From Candidatus Omnitrophota bacterium (GTDB taxonomy: Bacteria; Omnitrophota; Gorgyraeia; JAHIPI01), in assembly GCA_016783745.1 (NCBI GenBank), contig JADHVZ010000008.1:1-57715 (forward strand): a stretch of DNA of 57,715 bases. The letters are read 5' to 3'. This document shows, in pieces, positions 38,660-47,036 of the stretch. Numbering within the stretch: the first letter of the stretch is position 1; every line of letters starts with the position of its first letter. The notes under the pieces were generated by a model that searched no databases, was not told where the DNA came from, and saw only the letters and a list, made by a program, of their open reading frames with translations. A program made the position numbers and the translations under genes.

Positions 38660-39432
38660 AGGCAAACAACAAGTCTCTTAATGAAATTGGTGCCGAAGAC
38701 ATAAAAGAAGCCGTAAGAGAGAAATACAGCAAAGTAGCGAAAAATCCATGTGCTACATTCAATTTTCCCGTAGGCAAAAAATTTGCCTTAAAAGTAGGAT
38801 ATCCTAAAGAGGTACTTGATAAGCTACCACCATCCATGTATGAGTCTTTTACAGGCGCTAACAATCCCCAACCTTTTATAGAACTAAAAGAAGGGGAGAG
38901 GGTATTGGATTTAGGATGCGGCGCAGGATTAGATCTTTATTTTTATGCCAAAGCTGTGGGCCAAGAGGGTAAAGTATACGGGTTAGATATTTCACAGGAT
39001 ATGGTTAACAAAACAACCAGCAATATGAATGCAATGGGAATAAAGAATGCAGAGATAAAATGTGGCCATTCAGATAGCCTGCCATTTAAGGATAATTTCT
39101 TTGATGTTGTAGCCTCAAATGGTATTTATAACCTTGCGCCGGATAAGGAAAAGGTTATGAGTGAGGTTTTTCGTGTATTAAAACTCGGGGGAAGGACAGT
39201 TTTTTCTGAGATCGTTCTAAAAGAAGCATTACCTGAAAACATCAGGAAAAATATGGATGACTGGTTTAAATGTATAGGGGGCGCCTTGTCTGAAAAAAAC
39301 TTTCTTGGCTTAATGGAGAAGGTAGGATTTAAAAACATAGAGGTTATTTCAAAAATCAAAAATGCCCGGACAGGCCATAAATTTGCCATTTGCGCAAACA
39401 TAAAAGCTTATAAAACTACTACGGAAGATTGA
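38656..39432 (+). CDS. ArsM-like class I SAM-dependent methyltransferase
   Basis: VLDLGCGAGLD SAM motif and the ArsM-like N-terminal VREKYSKVA and C-terminal CIGGA segments. Overlaps the permease stop (ATGA). Confidence 0.8.
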   Translation: MKANNKSLNEIGAEDIKEAVREKYSKVAKNPCATFNFPVGKKFALKVGYPKEVLDKLPPSMYESFTGANNPQPFIELKEGERVLDLGCGAGLDLYFYAKAVGQEGKVYGLDISQDMVNKTTSNMNAMGIKNAEIKCGHSDSLPFKDNFFDVVASNGIYNLAPDKEKVMSEVFRVLKLGGRTVFSEIVLKEALPENIRKNMDDWFKCIGGALSEKNFLGLMEKVGFKNIEVISKIKNARTGHKFAICANIKAYKTTTED

Positions 39433-39435
39433 TTA

Positions 39436-39933
39436 ATGAAAAAGAAAGTAGGCTGGATTAGTGCAATAGGAGGCATAATTTCCGCGGTATTAGGAGTTAT
39501 AGCGAGTTGTATGCTTATACCCCTTTGTGGCGGCGTTTGTATAGCAGGCCCGTTAGTTGCTATTTTCGGTATCGGAATCGCCGGATTTCTTCATAAATAT
39601 AACATTTGGTTTACTATTTTCGGCAGTCTATTTTTCATCCTTGGTCTTTTTTTAATAATCAAAAATAGGAAATATTGCACCTTAGGTAATATTGAAAACC
39701 ATTTAAGGCGCCTAAAAAAATGGTATAAGGAAGAGAAATGCAGAACGTGCGATTGTTTTCAAGCTGCCCTTACTCAGTTTGAATTAGACGGAGGGGACAA
39801 AGTAAAGAATAAACTAAACAATATGAAAGTTTTTAAGGACAGAATGCATAGTTGCTTAGGATGCGACCCCTGCCCACCGGGTGAGATATTTTCTTCATAC
39901 CTAAAGACTAAGAAGAAATTGACTAATTCTTGA
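39436..39933 (+). CDS. Membrane protein (3 TM) with a Cys-rich cytoplasmic or periplasmic tail
   Basis: Hydrophobic N-terminal 75 aa containing Cys residues, then CRTCDC and HSCLGCDPCPP motifs. No family recognised. Confidence 0.6.
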   Translation: MKKKVGWISAIGGIISAVLGVIASCMLIPLCGGVCIAGPLVAIFGIGIAGFLHKYNIWFTIFGSLFFILGLFLIIKNRKYCTLGNIENHLRRLKKWYKEEKCRTCDCFQAALTQFELDGGDKVKNKLNNMKVFKDRMHSCLGCDPCPPGEIFSSYLKTKKKLTNS

Positions 39934-40063
39934 GACAATTTCTGGATAAAATTAATAAAAAATTGCTCAAATTTACGTTGATTTTTTCGTCAAAGACGGT
40001 TGGGTTTGGTTTTTAGCGAATCCCAGCCTTTCCGCCATACCTTATAAAAACTCCTAAAAAGTC

Positions 40064-40092
40064 TTGACAGGAAAAAACAATTGTGCTATTAT
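40064..40092 (+). promoter_or_regulatory. Promoter TTGACA-N17-TATTAT for fur
   Basis: TTGACA at 40064-40069 and TATTAT at 40087-40092. The -10 element is embedded in the palindrome below. Confidence 0.6.
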
Positions 40093-40113
40093 TGAAACAC
40101 ATTTTCAATAATA
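40087..40113. promoter_or_regulatory. Fur-box-like palindrome TATTATTGAAA-N5-TTTCAATAATA
   Basis: Perfect 11-nt inverted repeat read directly. It overlaps the -10 element and lies immediately upstream of a Fur-family gene. Confidence 0.6.
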
Positions 40114-40119
40114 GGATAA

Positions 40120-40554
40120 ATGGATATGCAAAAAGAAATTGAAATATTACAAGAATACATAAAATCAAAGGGCCTAAGAAACACTCCTCAGAGAGAAGCG
40201 ATACTCAGAGTTTTTCTTTCCTCTGAAAGGCATCTCTCAGCCGATGAATTACACAAAATTGTTCAAAGGAAAGACTGTTCAATAGGCTATACAACTGTAT
40301 ATAGAACAATGAGACTTTTGTTAGAATGTGGTTTATGTGCCGAGATTGCCTTTGCAGATGGAGTTCAAAGATTCGAACACAAATGTGGTCATGAGCATCA
40401 CGACCATCTTATATGTATAAAATGCGGCAGATTTATTGAAGCCGTGAAACCACAAATCGAAAAGATGCAAGAAGCATTAGCAAGAGAGGAGGGCTTTACA
40501 ATAACACACCATAAATTACAGATATTCGGTTTTTGTAAGAATTGTAAAAAGTGA
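40120..40554 (+). CDS. fur: Fur-family metalloregulator
   Basis: T.QR..IL motif, an HHDH cluster, and CxxC pairs (CIKCG, CKNC). Confidence 0.9.
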   Translation: MDMQKEIEILQEYIKSKGLRNTPQREAILRVFLSSERHLSADELHKIVQRKDCSIGYTTVYRTMRLLLECGLCAEIAFADGVQRFEHKCGHEHHDHLICIKCGRFIEAVKPQIEKMQEALAREEGFTITHHKLQIFGFCKNCKK

Positions 40555-40571
40555 TTTTTTTTAAAATATTG

Positions 40572-40588
40572 TTGAAAATGCTTTTCAA
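40572..40588. promoter_or_regulatory. Second operator-like palindrome TTGAAAA-TGC-TTTTCAA
   Basis: Shares the TTGAAA/TTTCAA half-sites with 40087-40113. Lies 18 nt upstream of the porin start. Confidence 0.5.
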
Positions 40589-40605
40589 TAACAAAGGGGG
40601 GAGAA

Positions 40606-41931
40606 ATGAAGAAAGTAGTTTTAATAGTCATGCTTTGTGTTGCGATGTTTTCTCTTGGTGAAATAGTTGAAGCGACAGAGATTAATGATTTAAAGAAAGA
40701 GTTTCAGCAACTTAGACAGGAGTATGAAGCAAAGATCCAGGAGCTGCAGGCACAAGTTGATGAATTAGCTAAGGAGCAGGAGAAGACAGTAGTTCAAATA
40801 GAAGAAGAAATCGATAAGAAGTTTTTAGATGTCGAATATGTAGGCAGATACGAAGGCCCATTTCAAAAAGGAGGACTCCTCATCAAGAATCCATCCGGCT
40901 TTGGAAATGTGAGTGTAGGTGGTTATATGGATCATGAATTTGAAAGTTTCCATGAAAGTACCGCTACCTTTGACCAACACCGCTGGATCATAAATATCGG
41001 TGCTGAGCTTGCGGATAGACTGAGATTCTACTCAGAATACGAAATAGAGCATGGTGGCCCCAATGCAAGTGGCGGAGGTGAAGCAAAGGTAGAACAAGCT
41101 TGGATAGATTATTTAATAACAGAATGGCTCAATTTAAGGGCAGGGGCAATCCTTGTGCCATTTGGCAGATATAACCTATACCACGATTCAGATCTGCAAG
41201 ACTTAACAGACAGACCTCTTGTGGCAAGAGACATTATTCCAACCACCTGGACAGAATCCGGTGTCGGTCTATATGGAGAATTTAACCCCGTACTAAGAGA
41301 TTATGAAGACCTTGTGTTAGGTTATGAAGCTTATGTAATTAACGGATTAGATGACGGCTTTTCTGATACAAGCCTACGTGGCGCCAGAGGCAGCATAGAA
41401 TCTGATAACAACACTGCGAAATCGCTGGTAGGCAGGGTGATCGTGAGTCCGGCTTTAGGCCATGAAATAGGACTAAGCGGTTACTGGGGTATATATAGTA
41501 ATAAAGACGATATCACAGGAGGTGCAGTTGACTGGTTGACGACATGGGGTTCTTTAGAAGTTCTAGGTGAATTTGCTTATTTTGGTGTAGATGAGCCATC
41601 AGGCATGAATATAGCGGATTACTTTACAGGATACCATATTCAAGCTAATTATCACTTCTGGCCCGAATTCTTAAATGATACGTTTTTAGGTAGAAACTTC
41701 GACGAACCTAGCTTTACGTTGGTCAGCAGATATGGCTGGGCCAAGATAGACGATGATTCAGATGCCGGTACGGGTGATAACGAAGAGAGGAGAGTTACCT
41801 TAGGTCTTAACTATAGGCCAGTTGAGAGCTGGGTATTTAAGACCGAATATCAATGGAACGATACCAAAAATGAAAGGTTAGAGCGGGGAGATAAACATGG
41901 CTTTATGGCCTCAGTGGCTATGGGATTTTAA
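40606..41931 (+). CDS. Outer-membrane porin-like beta-barrel with an N-terminal coiled coil
   Basis: Signal peptide, heptad-rich EFQQLRQEYEAKIQELQAQVDEL segment, Y/G/W-rich strands, and terminal MGF. Confidence 0.65.
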   Translation: MKKVVLIVMLCVAMFSLGEIVEATEINDLKKEFQQLRQEYEAKIQELQAQVDELAKEQEKTVVQIEEEIDKKFLDVEYVGRYEGPFQKGGLLIKNPSGFGNVSVGGYMDHEFESFHESTATFDQHRWIINIGAELADRLRFYSEYEIEHGGPNASGGGEAKVEQAWIDYLITEWLNLRAGAILVPFGRYNLYHDSDLQDLTDRPLVARDIIPTTWTESGVGLYGEFNPVLRDYEDLVLGYEAYVINGLDDGFSDTSLRGARGSIESDNNTAKSLVGRVIVSPALGHEIGLSGYWGIYSNKDDITGGAVDWLTTWGSLEVLGEFAYFGVDEPSGMNIADYFTGYHIQANYHFWPEFLNDTFLGRNFDEPSFTLVSRYGWAKIDDDSDAGTGDNEERRVTLGLNYRPVESWVFKTEYQWNDTKNERLERGDKHGFMASVAMGF

Positions 41932-41937
41932 CGAATT

Positions 41938-42492
41938 ATGAGAAGAACCTTCTCTATTTTTATTACTGTTTTCATTACGGCGATTTCTATCTTATCTTAT
42001 GCTGAGAATTATCTTAGTAAAGATGATTTTTTAAAGAAGATTCTCTCAAGCTCGGAGAAGATAGAAACTAAAGAGATAAAACTATCCGAAGATAAAAAAA
42101 AGATCATAGAGAAAAGATTCAGGTATAGAATTCCAGAGGATAGTTTTACCTTCTATATAGGCAAGACTAAAGAAAAAACAGATGTATATTGTCTTGTTTT
42201 AAGAGAGAGAGGAAAACACGGCCCTATTACTTTTATTTTTGCCATAACTCAAGATGGCACTATTAAGGATATGGCTGTTCTGGAAAGCAAAGAGGTAAAG
42301 GGCTCAAAAATAGGTAAAAGAAGATTTCTAAGGCAGTTCATAGGAAAGAGTTTCGAAGATCCTTTAAGGTTAAAAAAGGATATCGATGCTGTAACCGGAG
42401 CCACAATTTCGTCCAATGCAGCCACCCGGGCAGCAAGGAAGGCTCTGATGATATGGCAAGAGATGATTTTGACAGAAGGAAGAGGTGGGTGA
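41938..42492 (+). CDS. Exported FMN-binding domain protein
   Basis: Signal/anchor sequence and the FMN_bind signature DAVTGATISS (the flavinylated Thr motif of NqrC/RnfG-type domains). Confidence 0.78.
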   Translation: MRRTFSIFITVFITAISILSYAENYLSKDDFLKKILSSSEKIETKEIKLSEDKKKIIEKRFRYRIPEDSFTFYIGKTKEKTDVYCLVLRERGKHGPITFIFAITQDGTIKDMAVLESKEVKGSKIGKRRFLRQFIGKSFEDPLRLKKDIDAVTGATISSNAATRAARKALMIWQEMILTEGRGG

Positions 42493-42776
42493 AGAAGAAG
42501 TTAGGAGTTTTTAGTATTCTTTTTTTCTGCTGTTCGAATTTTGTCTGGGCGCAGGATAGCATACCGAACGCAGAATTGCTAAAGGAAATCAAAGCATTGA
42601 AGCATATAGTTAGTCAACAGGGAAAAATGATTGCAGAACTTGAAGCAAAATTAGTCCAACAAGAATCTGTATCCAAAAGTGTGCAGCTGGAAGATTTGAC
42701 TATGGTGCGAAAATACAATAATATAACGCCTCCTCATAGCATATTTAACGCAGATTATTCCTATAATAATGCCTAA
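42489..42776 (+). CDS. Small exported coiled-coil protein; possibly the N-terminal stump of a second porin
   Basis: GTG at 42489, a signal peptide, then a LKEIKALK...IAELEAKL coiled coil like the N-terminus of the 40606 porin. The ORF ends at the edge of the AT-rich block. Confidence 0.4.
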   Translation: MKKKLGVFSILFFCCSNFVWAQDSIPNAELLKEIKALKHIVSQQGKMIAELEAKLVQQESVSKSVQLEDLTMVRKYNNITPPHSIFNADYSYNNA

Positions 42777-42836
42777 TAAGGGATATTCACTTCCGTAAAA
42801 AAGTTAATCCCACAGTTGCGTAAATCATGATATTAT

Positions 42837-42863
42837 AATGTCCACCTTATGCATATGGACATT
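42837..42863. repeat. Hairpin AATGTCCA-N11-TGGACATT; copy 2 of the 31021 element
   Basis: Shares AATGTCCACC...TGGACATT and the trailing (C/T)ATNACTAT with copy 1. Further TGGACA/TGTCC motifs occur at 42914-42960. Confidence 0.6.
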
Positions 42864-43022
42864 TCATAACTATTTATTTAGCAAAGAGTTACAAAAATTG
42901 GCGCAGTAAAATACTGGACAAATTGGACAAGGAATAGGATATTTTGTCCGGCAAGGACATTTCTGAGACTTTTGGCATATTGAAACCTCTCTAAAACTAA
43001 CCTCTCTCTTATCAGAAAAATC

Positions 43023-43051
43023 TTGCTACTTGTCAGTAATAGTTATATAAT
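43023..43051 (+). promoter_or_regulatory. Orphan promoter TTGCTA-N17-TATAAT, paralogous to the promoter at 52971
   Basis: 36 of 41 nt are identical between 43017-43057 and 52965-53005. No CDS follows. Confidence 0.55.
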
Positions 43052-43116
43052 ATCACCAGTCAATTTAGATGTAAGATAAACGTGAGAGGCAGAGCCCCTC
43101 ACCATCTCTCGACGTG

Positions 43117-43154
43117 AAAAATCCTCTCTATTATAAATAATGGAGAGGATTTTT
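43117..43154. terminator. 17-bp-stem hairpin AAAAATCCTCTCTATTA-TAAA-TAATGGAGAGGATTTTT (bidirectional terminator shape)
   Basis: Read directly. One G-T pair. A-run and T-run are built into the stem ends. Confidence 0.6.
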
Positions 43155-43182
43155 CGTGCTCGGGATGGCCCTGAGCAAGTGA

Positions 43183-43479
43183 AACGCGTCGAAGGGTCGA
43201 ATAACGCGCCATAACTCCAAAAAAGCCTCAAAAAGAGTAAGGATTTTCAGAAAGGATCTAAGGGTAAAGGCAAGGATAGAGGTATTAAATTCTTTTAGCG
43301 CCCACGCTGACCAGACGGAGATGATCGAGTTTCTTTCAAATCTAAATAGAGAGAGACTGAAAAGTCTGTTTTTAGTCCACGGAGAAAAAGATCAGCAAGA
43401 GATATTCAAGTCCGTCCTTGAAAACCATGGTTTCTCCAATATCAAGTTCCCGAAACTCAAAGAAGAGTTTACACTATAG
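43183..43479 (+). pseudogene. C-terminal fragment of a beta-CASP/MBL-fold ribonuclease
   Basis: Open frame without a start codon translating ...RVKARIEVLNSFSAHADQTEMIEFL....LFLVHGEKDQQEIF...L...GF, the conserved C-terminal motif C region of beta-CASP enzymes. About 350 upstream residues are missing. Confidence 0.65.
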
Positions 43480-43535
43480 GAGTCTCGGAGTATAAAAAAA
43501 TTGCTATAATACGTATATTGTGCTATATTTAAGCC

Positions 43536-44408
43536 ATGAAATCAAAAAGCAAAAAGAAAACTGAATATAGCTGGCTGACAAAAGCGTACAAAAATAAGGA
43601 CTTTTTAAATAGTCCATCCGCGCGCCTTATAAGAATTCTGTCTGAGATGATTGAGCCTGCTGAGCGTTTTCGTAAATACGGAGTGAAAGATACTGTTGTA
43701 TTTTTTGGATCGTCTAGAATTTTTTCCCGGAGTGTTACTTCTCTTAAACTTAGAAGAATAAAGAAGAGAATAAAAAGAGTAAAATCCCCCTCCCCCAATC
43801 TCAAACACCAGTACGAACAAGCAAAGCGAGATGTAGTAATGTCGCGTTACTACGAAGATACTCGTCTTCTTGCGAAAAAACTCACCCATTACTTTAAAGG
43901 ATTGAGGAAAAAAGGTAAGAATTTCATGATTTGTTCCGGCGGTGGCCCCGGCATAATGGCCGCCGGAAACCAGGGTGCAAAAATAGCGGGCGGTAAATCT
44001 ATAGGTTTAAATATCAGTATTCCTATGGAGCAATATCCGAATCCTTACCAGACTAAGGAGCTTGCATTTGAGTTTCATTACTTTTTTATACGTAAATTCT
44101 GGTTTTTTTATTTAGCAAAAGCGCTTGTTGTGTTCCCGGGAGGTTTTGGGACGATGGATGAGCTTTTTGAGTTACTTACTCTCACGCAGACAGGTAAATA
44201 TAGAAAACCTCTGCCGGTCATTCTGTTTGGACGGGATTACTGGCAAAAAATAGTCAATTTTGATGAAATGTATAAATGGGGAACAATTTCTAAAGAGGAC
44301 TTAAAGCTTATTAAAGTGTTCGATGACGTAGATGAAACATTTAATTATCTAAAAAAACAATTAACCAGACATTTTATAGATAAAAATCACGATAAAGAAC
44401 CTTTCTAA
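43536..44408 (+). CDS. LOG-family (TIGR00730-type) nucleotide 5'-monophosphate nucleosidase-like protein
   Basis: GGGPGIM..GN.GA and PGGFGTMDELFE motifs. Long basic N-terminal extension. Confidence 0.85.
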   Translation: MKSKSKKKTEYSWLTKAYKNKDFLNSPSARLIRILSEMIEPAERFRKYGVKDTVVFFGSSRIFSRSVTSLKLRRIKKRIKRVKSPSPNLKHQYEQAKRDVVMSRYYEDTRLLAKKLTHYFKGLRKKGKNFMICSGGGPGIMAAGNQGAKIAGGKSIGLNISIPMEQYPNPYQTKELAFEFHYFFIRKFWFFYLAKALVVFPGGFGTMDELFELLTLTQTGKYRKPLPVILFGRDYWQKIVNFDEMYKWGTISKEDLKLIKVFDDVDETFNYLKKQLTRHFIDKNHDKEPF

Positions 44409-44687
44409 TATCCCTTAAATCCAAAAATATATTTATCCTATAATCCCGCGACAACTATTTCAAGTCCAACCCGAGGAGCCTTGGCTCTTTTGGTAATGAC
44501 CATTGAATGTTAAATAGGATTGATTTTTAACAAAATGTATGATAACTTATTTAAGTTATGAGTAATAACCCCCACTTAGATGTTTTTTGCGTAGCAACCG
44601 GAGCAATGATTAGTCCCTTCCTTTAAGAGGTATTAGGAAGGACTACCCTGCTGGGTTAGGCGGAATTATAAGAAAGGGGAATAAGGT

Positions 44688-46787
44688 ATGATAGGACAGG
44701 ATGTGATTTCTATGCTTGGTGAGTTAACCCCGATAGCAATATCAGTTTTTGTGAGCCTATTAGGTCTTTTTTTTGTGTGGTATTTAATAAGACGTATACT
44801 CTCGGTAGATGCCGGAACAGAAAAGATGAGAGAGATTCAAGGACTAATACATAGAGGTGCGATGGCATTTTTATGGCGGGAATATAAGGTAATAGCCTGT
44901 TTTGTTTTTATCGTAGCTATTGTTATATTTTTTTCTATCTCTAAAAATACGGCTTTTGCCTTTATCATTGGTGCCTTATGTTCTCTTCTTGCCGGCTATA
45001 TAGGTATGAATATCGCTACAAAGGCAAATGCAAGAACTGCTCAAGCTGCCTCAACTTCTTTTAAGGATGCCCTATCAGTAGCATTTCGCGGCGGGGCGGT
45101 TATGGGTATTTCCGTAGTGTCTTTAGGTTTACTTGGCCTATCCTTAGTCTATCTTATTTTTATTTTACTTGAGCATCAGAAAACTATTGGTTTTGTTAAT
45201 CAACTGATAGAGGCAACAAAACCTATTGTAGGATTTTCTATGGGCGCATCCTTAGTAGCGTTGTTTGGCCGCGTTGGTGGTGGAGTTTATACCAAGGCAG
45301 CAGATGTAGGTGCGGATTTAGTGGGTAAGGTTGAGACAGGAATCCCGGAAGATGACCCTAGAAATCCAGCGGTCATTGCTGATAATGTTGGGGATAATGT
45401 AGGTGATGTCGCTGGTATGGGAGCAGATTTATATGAGTCCTATGTAGGTGCAATTATTTCCGGGTTTGTAATCGCTGTTGCGTCTGTCTCCATGATGGGA
45501 GTAAGAGGCGTTTTTCTGGGGTTACTGTTAGCTGGCTGGGGTATTATAAGTTCTATTATGGGGATATCTTTTGTCAGGGCAACTGCTGAAGAAGATCCGC
45601 AAATTACCCTGAATAAAGGTATGATTCAAGCTGTGGTTATTTTTGCTATAGGTGCGTTTTTATTGACAAATTTCTGGTGTAAAAATATTGCTTATTTCTG
45701 GTCATTATTATCGGGTTTAGCAGCCGGTATGCTTGTTGGATTTTCAGCCCAATATTATACCTCAGGCAAGGTTGTCAGAAGTATTGCCGAAAAAGCCAAA
45801 ACCGGGACAGCCACCTGCATTATTGAAGGTTTAGCTGTGGGTATGAAGTCAACTGTTTTACCACTTGTGGCCATTGCTCTGGCTACAATCGTTGCCTATA
45901 AGTTTAGTGGAATTTTTGGTATTGCTCTTTCGGCAATTGGCATGCTGGCACTAACAGGTACTACCGTTGCTATTGATGCTTATGGACCTATTGCTGATAA
46001 TGCCGCCGGTATCGCAGAGATGGCTCATATGGGTAGTGAGGTTCGCCGTCGCGCAGAAAGGCTTGATGCCGTGGGTAATACTACAGCGGCTATTGGCAAG
46101 GGTTTTGCTATTAGTTCGGCTGCGCTTACCGCATTAGCACTTTTTAGTGCTTATGCCCAAACCGTGAGGCTATCTCTGGGAGATATTCGCCTGCTAAATA
46201 TTTTAGATGCAAAAGTTATTGCCGGCGCCTTTATTGGAGGGATAATCCCTTACATATTTTGTTCTAAAACTTTACAGGCTGTAGGCAGAGTTGCGTTTTG
46301 TGTTGTAGAAGAAGTGCGCAGACAATGGTGCCAGATACCCGGCCTTAAGGAAGGCAAGGCTATGCCTGATTCTGCAAGGTGTGTGGATATAGTTACAAAA
46401 GGGGCGTTACGTGAAATGCTTGGGCCTGGATTTTTTGCTGTTGTTTCGCCTATGTTTATAGGCATAATATTGGGAAAAGAGGCACTGGGGGGATTTTTAG
46501 TCGGCTCATTAGTTACAGGTGTTCCGCTAGCAATTTTTTTAGCTAATGTAGGCGGTGCCTGGGATAACGCTAAGAAATATGTAGAAGAAGGCAATCTGGG
46601 TGGCAAGGGTTCAGAAGTCCACAAATCCACAGTAATTTGTGATACGGTGGGCGATCCCTGTAAGGATACTTCCGGCCCGTCATTGAATATACTATTGAAG
46701 CTTATGGCTGTTGTATCCCTTGTTTTTGGCCTGCTGTTGGAGCATATTCACGAAATAATTGTTAGCGTGTTGCCATTTCTGAAATAG
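44688..46787 (+). CDS. hppA: Membrane-bound ion-translocating pyrophosphatase
   Basis: GGG.YTKAADVGADLVGKVE, DNVGDNVGD and GDTVGDP.KDT motifs. 699 aa. Confidence 0.95.
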   Translation: MIGQDVISMLGELTPIAISVFVSLLGLFFVWYLIRRILSVDAGTEKMREIQGLIHRGAMAFLWREYKVIACFVFIVAIVIFFSISKNTAFAFIIGALCSLLAGYIGMNIATKANARTAQAASTSFKDALSVAFRGGAVMGISVVSLGLLGLSLVYLIFILLEHQKTIGFVNQLIEATKPIVGFSMGASLVALFGRVGGGVYTKAADVGADLVGKVETGIPEDDPRNPAVIADNVGDNVGDVAGMGADLYESYVGAIISGFVIAVASVSMMGVRGVFLGLLLAGWGIISSIMGISFVRATAEEDPQITLNKGMIQAVVIFAIGAFLLTNFWCKNIAYFWSLLSGLAAGMLVGFSAQYYTSGKVVRSIAEKAKTGTATCIIEGLAVGMKSTVLPLVAIALATIVAYKFSGIFGIALSAIGMLALTGTTVAIDAYGPIADNAAGIAEMAHMGSEVRRRAERLDAVGNTTAAIGKGFAISSAALTALALFSAYAQTVRLSLGDIRLLNILDAKVIAGAFIGGIIPYIFCSKTLQAVGRVAFCVVEEVRRQWCQIPGLKEGKAMPDSARCVDIVTKGALREMLGPGFFAVVSPMFIGIILGKEALGGFLVGSLVTGVPLAIFLANVGGAWDNAKKYVEEGNLGGKGSEVHKSTVICDTVGDPCKDTSGPSLNILLKLMAVVSLVFGLLLEHIHEIIVSVLPFLK

Positions 46788-46856
46788 AAAACGAGATAAA
46801 GAATGAGTGGTAAATATTTGCTTTACGCCCAAGAGAGAGCTGCTCATCATAAATCT

Positions 46857-47036
46857 CTAAGATGTCGGCTGACAGCCGTTATCAGAGATTAGGAATAGCC
46901 GCTCTTTGATCTCGTCCTTGATACCGCCAGGGAAGCGGGTATTGACTGCCATCGCTAGGGCGTTCAGCCAATCATCAGTCTTTGACTGAAACCCAAGTGA
47001 ATAACCAAAATGATCTCTAAAAAACACTTGACAAGC
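46857..47036 (-). pseudogene. Internal fragment of an rve (DDE integrase-core) transposase
   Basis: Hand translation of the minus strand gives ...HFGYSLGFQSKTDDWLNALAMAVNTRFPGGIKDE..LFLISDNGCQPTS*, which matches the region around the second catalytic Asp (SDNG.Q) of IS3/IS481-type transposases. No start, no N-terminus, no C-terminus. Confidence 0.6.

Noticed and set aside
43043-43231. 62-aa minus-strand ORF
   Set aside because: It overlaps the orphan promoter and the strong hairpin, and it has no RBS. The region is better explained as non-coding.
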